DNA from: Candidatus Hermodarchaeota archaeon
GTDB taxonomy: Archaea > Asgardarchaeota > Heimdallarchaeia > Hodarchaeales > Hodarchaeaceae
Assembly (NCBI GenBank): GCA_048886185.1
Contig: JBHLKY010000007.1
Coordinates: 30,001 to 62,000 of the forward strand
Length of the DNA: 32,000 nucleotides
Reading direction: 5' to 3'
Within the stretch, counting starts at the first letter, position 1. The number at the start of each line of letters is the position of its first letter. Of the stretch, positions 1 through 8,408 are shown piece by piece. The translations under genes and the position numbers were made by a program. The notes beneath the pieces are model-generated. The model saw only the letters and a list, made by a program, of their open reading frames with translations, was not told the DNA's origin and made no database searches.

Positions 1-106
1 CATCTTAAGTTATCTTCTTTGTTCAAAATGTATTACATTCAGAGCTAATTTTGTTGTTAGTCATTAATCCAACGTTATACGACATCAGAAATCGGAAAAA
101 TACATT

Positions 107-126
107 AGAAAAAGAGGAGGGGAAAA
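107..126 (-). terminator. pyrimidine/T-rich tract directly after the longin-like gene (putative archaeal terminator)
   Basis: Minus strand reads TTTTCCCCTCCTCTTTTTCT immediately after the stop codon at 127. Confidence 0.4.
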
Positions 127-564
127 TTATCCAAAAAGTTTTCGTGCTCTCTCTTCAGGTTTCATTGCAAGATCATCAAACTGTTTTCTAATGAATTCTG
201 TAAATTCCTGTCCTTGAACTGTTTCAGAGATTTCCAAATTGTCGCTTAGTGAGGCAAAAGTTTTAACAATCTTGTCAGCAACTATTTCAATCCTTTCTTG
301 GATGATCTTGTGATTCCTTCCTCTATCGCAAATAACATAGATACTTGCTTCTTCTTTGAATAATTGCACTTTTGAGAAAAAAACAGCAAATTTTTTCATA
401 GAGAAAGATTGGGTCTCATCTGAGAACGTTGAATTGACAAACTGTTGAAGAGCTGTTAAAAAACCGGCTGTCATGAGTGGGTCTCCACTAATTCCAGGTC
501 GAAAATCAATATGGATGACTGGGAGACCCGCACTTGATATTACACCAACCTCATAAACCACCAT
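127..564 (-). CDS. stand-alone longin-like (longin/sensor-fold) domain protein
   Basis: 145 aa with the pattern beta(YEVGVIS)-SAGLP-beta, helix 'DPLMTAGFLTALQQFVNSTF', beta-hairpin (SFSMKKFAVFF), strand (IYVICD) and C-terminal helices. This is the order and the 'xGFLxALxxF' helix typical of longin-like domains in Asgard archaea. Confidence 0.7.
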   Translation of the reverse strand: MVVYEVGVISSAGLPVIHIDFRPGISGDPLMTAGFLTALQQFVNSTFSDETQSFSMKKFAVFFSKVQLFKEEASIYVICDRGRNHKIIQERIEIVADKIVKTFASLSDNLEISETVQGQEFTEFIRKQFDDLAMKPEERARKLFG

Positions 565-1013
565 TATACGTTGTATCCCCTAGTCTAATCGATTCATTTT
601 TTTTTATTTCTTCTGTTTCTATTTACGATTTTAGTTCAGATGGAAGAAGTTTTTATAAAAGTACTGTATTTAGTTGTACTCTCATCATTTTGGGATTTTA
701 GTTATTATTCAAATGTCCTACAAATATTCTTTCCATTTTATGATATTCACTTCAGTTGCAAAACTAAGTACACAACTTATTAGTTAATCAAGAGTAAGAT
801 GATTAATATGCATTTATTGGGATAAAAATATCTTTTACTCCTCTTCTTCTCTACTTTGCTGTAGATTACAGAGATTTGAAGGAAATAAGCAATTTTATAG
901 CAAGATAATTATCAAAGGATGAAACTTCTATGATTAAAAGATCACTCTGACAAATTTTAGTTACAATATCCACATCATACAATTTAGAAGTTCGAATGGA
1001 TAGTTTACAATCA

Positions 1014-2048
1014 TTAGAAAGCATTGAGATCTATATGTTCTTTCACTAATTTCTCTAATAGATTAATTTTCTCTGTTTCATCCTTGGTGAACATTATCTG
1101 CATATCATCAATTTGTTTAGCAGTAGCAAAGGTATCAGTGGAGACCAATAGTAAGGGGATGTTTGCCATATTAGCTTTTGATTCGATAATTGGATCAGCA
1201 GGTAGAATATTGTTTGTTAGTACAATCCCAGCTGTAGATGACTCCAAAGCTGCTATAATCATATCTGGCCTATCACCAGGGGTGATAATTAATTTATTCT
1301 CCAATGCCCAGAGGGGTCGTTTAATGACTTGAGCAGCAGACATGGCTCCAACGAAAATATGTTCGACTTTATTATCTAATCCTTTCTCTCCTGCGAGTAC
1401 CTTGGCAAATATGGTCTCGTATAAGTACGCCATTGAAAACTGAGTCAGCTCTTTTTGATAAGGAATTATCCCTAGAACATTAACACCAAGTTCTTTAATA
1501 GAATCTAAATAGAGATCCTTAAAGTTCTCGACATCTTTAATCTTGTTGATAATAACACCTATCAATTCGATGTCTTTAGTGTCAACACAGTTCACCAAGA
1601 AAGTAATCTCATCAATAATCTTTTCAGCTGGACCACTGAGGATGAGTAGAAGTTCTGCACCAATATTTCTCGCTACTGTTAAAGCATCAAGATGTACTGA
1701 AAGCCCATAATTCAAGTTCTTACTGCCTTCAATAAGGACAATTTCTTTATCTTTCCCTACATTTTTTAATAATTCAATTAGCTTTTCTTTCGTTGATGCT
1801 TTATCATACATAAAGCGTAATTTAGAATGTGCAAAACCAATTGAAATGTTTTCAGGTTGTTCTTCTAACCCTAAAATGTTAGTGACTAACGCTGAATCAT
1901 AATCCCACAAACGTTTCTTCTGATAAAGAAGATGGTCACCGAAAGGTTTCATATATCCAATTTTTTTATTTAGAGCTTTAGCCAAGCCAATAATTAAGCT
2001 AGTTTTACCAGCTCCTTCGTCTGTACTTGCAATAACAATTTTTTTCAT
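1014..2048 (-). CDS. phosphotransacetylase-N-terminus-like protein (BioD-like AAA_26 + DRTGG domains), no catalytic PTA domain
   Basis: N-terminal P-loop 'STDEGAGKTS', 'GYMKPFG', 'IEG', and DRTGG motif variant 'ITPGDRPD'. Protein ends at 344 aa without a PTA_PTB domain. ATG directly abuts the upstream stop and is preceded by GAGGTG. Confidence 0.88.
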   Translation of the reverse strand: MKKIVIASTDEGAGKTSLIIGLAKALNKKIGYMKPFGDHLLYQKKRLWDYDSALVTNILGLEEQPENISIGFAHSKLRFMYDKASTKEKLIELLKNVGKDKEIVLIEGSKNLNYGLSVHLDALTVARNIGAELLLILSGPAEKIIDEITFLVNCVDTKDIELIGVIINKIKDVENFKDLYLDSIKELGVNVLGIIPYQKELTQFSMAYLYETIFAKVLAGEKGLDNKVEHIFVGAMSAAQVIKRPLWALENKLIITPGDRPDMIIAALESSTAGIVLTNNILPADPIIESKANMANIPLLLVSTDTFATAKQIDDMQIMFTKDETEKINLLEKLVKEHIDLNAF

Positions 2049-4253
2049 TTAAATCACCTCTTTTTTTGAGGGGGGAGTGAGTAAAATTCGAGCATCAACA
2101 CATAAAACTCCTCTACCTTTTTCAAATACTAAACAAGGATTGATTTCAATATCTGAAATATCCAGTATTGATTGAATAACCTTACCTAGCTTCATGACAA
2201 CATCAACACAGCCTTCAATATCCTTCCTTGCCTCACCTCTAACTCCCAATAATAGTGGGTATGAGCGTATCTGTTTAACCATTTTATTTGCATCCCTCCA
2301 GGTCAGGGGTACTGCTCTGAAAGCAACATCTTTTAATACTTCAACATAAATACCACCCAGACCGAACATAACGGTTGGTCCAAAAATCGCATCTATACGT
2401 GCCCCAATAATGGTTTCTAACGCTTCATCCATTTTTATCATTGTGACAATTTCAACGCCTTGTAATAATGCATCTGGTTTGTAATTATGACAAGATCTCA
2501 TTATAGCTTCATATGCGTCAATTACCTCTTCTCTATTTTCCAAGTTGAGAGCCACACCACCCGCGTCTGATTTATGGATTATATCTTTAGAAACAATTTT
2601 CATTACAACTGGATAACCAATCTCTTCAGCATATTGAATAGCTTCTTTGAGATCCTTAGCAATATAGCTTTTAGGCATAGGTATATCAGCTGCTTCCATT
2701 ACCCGCATTGCTTCAGAAACTAATAAGAACTGCCTCCCATCCTTTCTGACCTCATTAATCACTTTCTGGATAGTTGCTATATCGATTTTTACTTCATCTT
2801 CATCAAGTTCCTCATTATCGGTTGCATAAGTTAAGGTTCGATAATTTGAATAGACAGCACCCAAACATGATACAGCTTGATAAACATCTGGAAAAATTGG
2901 TACACCTAAACTTTTAAGGCCAAAAAGACCTCTTTCAAATTCAGAACCACCGAAAAAAGAGAAAACCAACGGTTTAGCAGGTTTTGTCTCTATAAATTTT
3001 CTTTCAACGACTGCTGTTAACTGATTACAATCAAAAATAGCGGTTTCACAGCCTAAACATATAATAGAATGAATATCATCACTATCTAAAGCTGCCTGCA
3101 AAGCTTGCTCATAAAATTCATTTGATGCGCCCCCAGTGATATCTACGGGGTTCTTTGTTGATCCAAAAGATGGTGTAACTGGCCCGAAGATTTCAGTAAG
3201 GACTTCTTGATCATCGTACAGATTAATTCTATACATCTCACATGCATCTGTTGCAAGAACGCCTATACCACCCCCGTTTGTTACAATAACGGTATTTTCC
3301 CCTTTTGGCAGATCTGTTTGAATGGATAAAAACTTTGCCCAATCCAGAGCTTCCTGTACACTTAATGCCCTGAGAGCTCCAACTTGATTAATAATATCGG
3401 AAAATACATTATCCTCACCTGCTAGAGAACCTGTATGAGAAGCAGCTGCGAGTGCGCCCCTTTTAGATCTTCCTGATTTGATGATTATTATTGGTTTTAT
3501 CTTAGTTGCCTGTCTGAGAACATGAATTAGTTTTTCCCCCTCTTTAATACCTTCAATGTAAAGCAAGATGACCTTTGTTAACTCATCAGACATTAAATAC
3601 TCAATAAGATCAGCTTCATCAATGTCTGACTTATTTCCAACAGAAACGATAGCTGAGAGACCAATGCCTTCTGTTTCTGTCTTTCCTATCATTGCAACAC
3701 CCAATGCGCCACTTTGAGTCACAATTGCAACTGAACCAGGTTCAATGTCCTTTGCACCAAAAGTTGCGTTTATTGGTGATTTATTTGAATAAATTCCGAA
3801 AATATTAGGGCCTAGAACACGCATCCCATTCGCATGAGCAAATCTGACGATTCTATTTTCCTCTTCAATATCTCCAATTTCAGAAAAGCCTGATGTGATA
3901 ATAGAAAGGAATTTACAGTTTTTTGTAGCTAATTCCTGCACAGCATCAAAAACATATTCTGAAGGAATGCAAATTGTCGCAAGATCTATATCTCCATCAA
4001 TTTCGTCAATTGATCTGTATAACCGATGTCCTAGGATTTGACCCCCTTTTGGATTAATAGGATAAATCGTGCCCTGGTACTTGCTATAGACTATATTATC
4101 AAGAACTTTATATCCAATCTTATTCGGATTTGTTGAACATCCTACAATTGCGACAGAGCGAGGTTCAAAGAGATATTTGATTGATGGAACTGTAGTTTTA
4201 TTGGGACTTTCCTGCAATTTCCTATAAACCACCAGCAATAATCCTGTGATCAA
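2049..4253 (-). CDS. ADP-forming acetate/acyl-CoA synthetase, fused alpha-beta
   Basis: CoA-binding domain (FEPRSVAIVG, IYPINPKG), 'GPNIFG', 'QSGALG', phospho-His loop 'ASHTGSLAG', 'KNPVDITG', and ATP-grasp region 'GYPVVMKIVSKDIIHKSDAGGV'. The start may be the in-frame TTG at 4217 rather than 4253. Confidence 0.92.
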   Translation of the reverse strand: MITGLLLVVYRKLQESPNKTTVPSIKYLFEPRSVAIVGCSTNPNKIGYKVLDNIVYSKYQGTIYPINPKGGQILGHRLYRSIDEIDGDIDLATICIPSEYVFDAVQELATKNCKFLSIITSGFSEIGDIEEENRIVRFAHANGMRVLGPNIFGIYSNKSPINATFGAKDIEPGSVAIVTQSGALGVAMIGKTETEGIGLSAIVSVGNKSDIDEADLIEYLMSDELTKVILLYIEGIKEGEKLIHVLRQATKIKPIIIIKSGRSKRGALAAASHTGSLAGEDNVFSDIINQVGALRALSVQEALDWAKFLSIQTDLPKGENTVIVTNGGGIGVLATDACEMYRINLYDDQEVLTEIFGPVTPSFGSTKNPVDITGGASNEFYEQALQAALDSDDIHSIICLGCETAIFDCNQLTAVVERKFIETKPAKPLVFSFFGGSEFERGLFGLKSLGVPIFPDVYQAVSCLGAVYSNYRTLTYATDNEELDEDEVKIDIATIQKVINEVRKDGRQFLLVSEAMRVMEAADIPMPKSYIAKDLKEAIQYAEEIGYPVVMKIVSKDIIHKSDAGGVALNLENREEVIDAYEAIMRSCHNYKPDALLQGVEIVTMIKMDEALETIIGARIDAIFGPTVMFGLGGIYVEVLKDVAFRAVPLTWRDANKMVKQIRSYPLLLGVRGEARKDIEGCVDVVMKLGKVIQSILDISDIEINPCLVFEKGRGVLCVDARILLTPPSKKEVI

Positions 4254-4370
4254 AATCTATTGATCAATATGTTTTCAATTATAAGATGTAAGAGTTAAAC
4301 AGCTATTTCTTTAAGAAAGTCAGTTTGATTTCTATAAACATTTTGGTGAAATTTTTTAGTTGAGAATGGT

Positions 4371-6290
4371 TTAAAAATGCATTCTTAACTCATAAACTCC
4401 ATTAGTAATTCTCTTACTGAGATCTGGGAAATTAATTTCAAACAAATGAAGCATATCCCGATTTTCTACAAGAACCTCTGCTGTAAATCCTAACAAACCA
4501 GTTGTTCTAGCCAAATAAGTAATATATTTTATCATTTCAGTCCCAATCCCCATATTTTGATGATCATCTTTAACCACAAAAGCTACTTCCGCGGTATGGG
4601 TAGATTCATCTATTCCATATTGTGAAATCCCTACAATTTTTTCTAATGCGCCTTTTTTTGTTACTGCTACAATAACCATTTCTTTTGAGAAGTCTATTAT
4701 ACAAAATTCTTGTAAGCGAGCATGGGGTACATCTTTTCGGACTGACATGAACCGTCTATACATTGATTGATCAGTTAAATCATAGAAGAAGTCTTTAAGT
4801 AGTGGTTCATCACTTATCTTAACTGGTCGGAGTAATATCTCAACTCCTTTTCTAGTAGTTCTCCATGTTTCTAAGTGCTCTGGGTATTCACCTTTCTCAC
4901 CAGGGACAAATGCTTGATCTTTATAGACTAGATTGAATTCTTTTGCTTTTTGAATCAATATTGATCTAAATTTAGGATGAGCAATGGATATTAGTTGCAT
5001 AGCCCGCTCCCGGATATTCTTTCCATGAATATAAGCAATTCCAAATTCAGTAACAACATAATGAATATCTCCACGATTTAGGGTAACACCCGCTCCTTCT
5101 GAGAGGAATGGAACAATTCGGGAAATAGTTCCACTAGTTGTTTCAGCAGTAGATTGAAGCATTAATATTGATTTACCTCCCTTAGCCAGAATAGCACCGC
5201 GCATGAAGTCCGCCTGTCCTCCAATTCCGCTATAAAAGGTTCTACCTATTGATTCTGCTGATGCCTGTCCTGTGAGGTCTATTTGTAGGGCACTATTGAT
5301 AGCTGTTATGTTATCATGACGAGCAATGATTAAAGGATTATTTGTATAATCAATTACCTTGAACTCGATTGCAGGATTATCATGAATATAATCATAAGTC
5401 TCCTTTCTCCCCATACAGAAAGAAGCGACTGTTTTTCCTCGGTTAATTGTCTTTTGTGTATTATCAATTACACCTTGCTTCATTAAATCAACAAGACCAT
5501 CTGAGATTAATTCTGTGTGAACTCCGAGATGTTCTTTATCACGCAGATTCGCCATCACAGCGTCAGGAATTGAACCATAGCCAACCTGAATAGTATTACC
5601 ACTTTGAATGAGGCGAGAAACATAGTTCCCAATCTTTGCCACATTTTTAGCGTATAAATCTTCGTCTGTAGGGACTGGATTATACTCAAGAATCGGTTCA
5701 TCATAAGGCACTAAATAATCAATATCTTCAATATGGATGAATCCATCACCATGAACTCGGGGCATGTATGAGTTAATCTGGGCTATAATTAACGATGCAT
5801 TCTCTATTCCAGCTTTAACAATATCAACTGAGACTCCTAGATTAAGATAACCATGAACATCAGGAGGAGAACATTGAATCAAAGCAACATCAACAGGGAC
5901 ATGCCCATGGAAAAATAAACTTGGCGTATTAGACAAAAATACTGGAGTATAATCAGCTAATCCTTGATTAACAGAATTTCTGGTTGGTGTTGCGATGAAA
6001 AATGAGTTATATCGAAAATTTCTTTGGTAGCGTATATCAGCATAGGGTGCGACTCCTAAATTCCACCAGGATAATACTTCAGTATCAAAAAATGCCTTAG
6101 GATGTGATTCTAAGTAGGCCGCAAGAGCTTTTATTAGGTATTGAGGTTCAGCACAAGCACTCGAGACAAATATTCGATCCCCTCGATGGATATTTTGAAA
6201 AATTGCTTTTTCTGATGCAAATTTTTGAGGAAAAGTCTGCCTTAGTTCCTCATATTTTTTATTATTACCACTCAAAGACACCAGACACAC
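4371..6290 (-). CDS. acetyl-CoA hydrolase/CoA-transferase (4-hydroxybutyrate CoA-transferase type) fused to a C-terminal GNAT domain
   Basis: 'IHRGDRIFV', 'QVGYGSIPDA', catalytic 'GVHTELISDG', 'SGIGGQADF', 'VVTEFGIA'. Last ~170 aa are a GNAT domain ('LLRPVKISDE...SMYRRF', 'EVAFVVKDDHQNMGIGT'). Confidence 0.9.
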   Translation of the reverse strand: MCLVSLSGNNKKYEELRQTFPQKFASEKAIFQNIHRGDRIFVSSACAEPQYLIKALAAYLESHPKAFFDTEVLSWWNLGVAPYADIRYQRNFRYNSFFIATPTRNSVNQGLADYTPVFLSNTPSLFFHGHVPVDVALIQCSPPDVHGYLNLGVSVDIVKAGIENASLIIAQINSYMPRVHGDGFIHIEDIDYLVPYDEPILEYNPVPTDEDLYAKNVAKIGNYVSRLIQSGNTIQVGYGSIPDAVMANLRDKEHLGVHTELISDGLVDLMKQGVIDNTQKTINRGKTVASFCMGRKETYDYIHDNPAIEFKVIDYTNNPLIIARHDNITAINSALQIDLTGQASAESIGRTFYSGIGGQADFMRGAILAKGGKSILMLQSTAETTSGTISRIVPFLSEGAGVTLNRGDIHYVVTEFGIAYIHGKNIRERAMQLISIAHPKFRSILIQKAKEFNLVYKDQAFVPGEKGEYPEHLETWRTTRKGVEILLRPVKISDEPLLKDFFYDLTDQSMYRRFMSVRKDVPHARLQEFCIIDFSKEMVIVAVTKKGALEKIVGISQYGIDESTHTAEVAFVVKDDHQNMGIGTEMIKYITYLARTTGLLGFTAEVLVENRDMLHLFEINFPDLSKRITNGVYELRMHF

Positions 6291-6694
6291 TCCAATTTAT
6301 AAAATAATAAAGATTTATTATATCAAATCATTACTGTTTTTAAAAGTGAATTTAAGCTATATGATAGTCTTCAATGTGACAATTTAAAGAGACACATTTA
6401 ACAATTATGAACTTTTGTAACTTTGTACATCCCTTTTTATATCATAAATGACTCAATACTACAAAAAGATCATATTTTCGTCTAGTTAAGTGGCAAGTCA
6501 AGATCTTTAATTGTATATGGGAACAAACAGAACATATAATGTCTTATTATTAAAAGAAAATTAATGATTTAATAAGTATGACGAAAAAGTGTATATTAAA
6601 GGATTCGATATAAGTGCATTAATATAGATTTATGTCGAACAAGGTACAGGGCTCAGTAAAAATTCAGAATTAGATCAATAATTATGTTCTTATT

Positions 6695-7840
6695 TTATCC
6701 CTGACCGGGGAAAAAAGTCATATTACCCCCACAGAAGAGACAGTTTTTAACCCCTTGTTCCTTCATTTCATTATAACAATTTACACATATGCCCCTAAAA
6801 CAATTAGAACATTGATAGTGGGCTAGGGAAAACGACAAATCTTCATTGTGGACTTCACAATGGTATTTATCAGAACCAATAATTAAAACATCATCATCTA
6901 TGGTGTCATAAGTGCCTCCTGTTTCGATGAATCCTTGGAGTGATTGACGACTAATTAATCGACTTATAATTTCGTGAGTTAAACCAACCTCTAGATTTGC
7001 TATCTTAGCTATTCTTTGAATAGGAATCTGGCTGTTTTCTTCTACTTCATATAGAGTTGAAATTGAATCGATAACCAACTTCTCATTTTCACTTATTGAT
7101 TTCTCATGCTTTCGATAGTCTAAATAGTTCTGGGTTTTAGTCTTTAGTGAAGAGTATGATATCCTATCTCTTAGTTTTAACGACTTGAAATCGTCAATAA
7201 CTCTCCTTGAAACCGTTTTAATTCCTTGTCGCGACATGTTATACCTTTGAACCTTGTAATATTCACCTAATGATGTTTTTAGGTCCTTTGGATTGTAAAT
7301 CGATTGAACGTCCGATTCTTTGAATATTCGAGGAACTGGAACAAGAGACCCATTACAATAAGGACAAGTATTTGTATTTCCTTTTTGATAACAATCGCTG
7401 CAGATGAAACGGAGGCAACGGGTACATTGAAAGTGAAGTTCAAAAACGTCATGTTCCATCTGGTCGATCTGACAGAAAAAGAAGTCCTGATGGAGGACGA
7501 GGGTATCATCACTAATATCATCGGGAGTTTTATTCCCTTCAATATAGCCCTCGATTAGCCGTTGTTCAATGAATTCTTGGATTATAAAAATAACGTCGTT
7601 TTTAGGTAGTTCTACTTGTTCTGCGATAGCAGCAATCCCTATTCGCCCTTTGTGGATTTTATTAAGATTCCCAATAGCAATGAATGTTCGCTTGATCGGA
7701 TGGGTCGAGATTTTATATTCTTGGTCAAAATTTTGAAATTGATCAACTTCATCTTCGACTCTCTTCCGTAGTGATGCCTTGACTCGATCTGTAAAGCTTT
7801 CATTGGGATTTGGCACTTTATATTCCCTGCTATTATTCAT
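6695..7840 (-). CDS. hypothetical protein with two tandem [PCI-like winged helix + RING-like Cys-rich zinc finger] units
   Basis: Internal duplication at aa ~50-168 and ~255-378. Each unit has 'I.I..IA....L.......II...I....(I/L).G(Y/F)IE' followed by C-x2-[D/H]-x12-C-x2-C-x4-C-x2-C-x(8/11)-C-x2-C. Confidence 0.75.
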   Translation of the reverse strand: MNNSREYKVPNPNESFTDRVKASLRKRVEDEVDQFQNFDQEYKISTHPIKRTFIAIGNLNKIHKGRIGIAAIAEQVELPKNDVIFIIQEFIEQRLIEGYIEGNKTPDDISDDTLVLHQDFFFCQIDQMEHDVFELHFQCTRCLRFICSDCYQKGNTNTCPYCNGSLVPVPRIFKESDVQSIYNPKDLKTSLGEYYKVQRYNMSRQGIKTVSRRVIDDFKSLKLRDRISYSSLKTKTQNYLDYRKHEKSISENEKLVIDSISTLYEVEENSQIPIQRIAKIANLEVGLTHEIISRLISRQSLQGFIETGGTYDTIDDDVLIIGSDKYHCEVHNEDLSFSLAHYQCSNCFRGICVNCYNEMKEQGVKNCLFCGGNMTFFPGQG

Positions 7841-8239
7841 CCATTCGGAATTATCACAAAATTTCTAAAATGTGAGCTGTATTTCAGATATATTCACGTT
7901 TTAAGAAATATTGGCCATTATTTAAAGATTATAGTAGGACCGAAAATATATCTTTTCAGACACAATATGATAAAATGGTTACATTCAATAATTCAAAGAA
8001 TATAAAATTTACTTTAGAGGAGGATTAATTGAAATAAAAAATGTATATGCCTGTTTTTATATTTTCAGTATAATTACAGGATTTATCTAGCATGCTTGTC
8101 CTTGGTTTTATGTCTATAACTATTCTTACAGTGATACTTGTAGTTGTTAAATAAAAAAAACAGGGATTAATATGTAGATAAACCTAAACTTAGGAATCTT
8201 CATATTATAAAGATTTACCCAAAACTCAAGGAAGAATAA

Positions 8240-8365
8240 ATGTACTGCCCTCGCTGTCGTTTCCAAGGTAAAATAGTTAAAATGAAATCTTCTAAACGTA
8301 GTTTTCACAAGAAAATTAAATGGTTATGTCCTGATTGCGGATTAGTGAGAATGGAAAAACAATGA
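8240..8365 (+). CDS. 41-aa zinc-finger microprotein (CPxC...CPxCG)
   Basis: Manually translated: MYCPRCRFQGKIVKMKSSKRSFHKKIKWLCPDCGLVRMEKQ*. It has two CxxC knuckles and a purine-rich AAGGAAG upstream. It is too short for the supplied ORF track. Confidence 0.7.
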   Translation: MYCPRCRFQGKIVKMKSSKRSFHKKIKWLCPDCGLVRMEKQ

Positions 8366-8408
8366 GAATCTCTATTTCCTTTAACATATTGTAAGGTGTA
8401 ATTTCGAA

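Noticed and set aside
1-106. CAT at positions 1-3 as the start of a minus-strand gene leaving the window
   Set aside because: Only one codon is visible, so it cannot be supported.
565-1013. Long intergenic regions (also 6291-6694, 17061-17685, 21010-21401, 24775-25070) examined for tRNA, ncRNA, CRISPR repeats, IS ends and small ORFs
   Set aside because: They are AT-rich, and I found no GC-rich stems, regularly spaced repeats, terminal inverted repeats or convincing ORFs by eye. An Infernal/Rfam scan would be needed to exclude ncRNAs formally.
8017-8154. AGGAGG followed by short hydrophobic frames (MYMPVFIFSV*, MLVLGFMSITILTVILVVVK*) suggesting a broken small membrane protein
   Set aside because: The nearest TTG is followed by a stop after one codon. 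AT-rich DNA readily gives F/I/L-rich short frames, and there is no other support.
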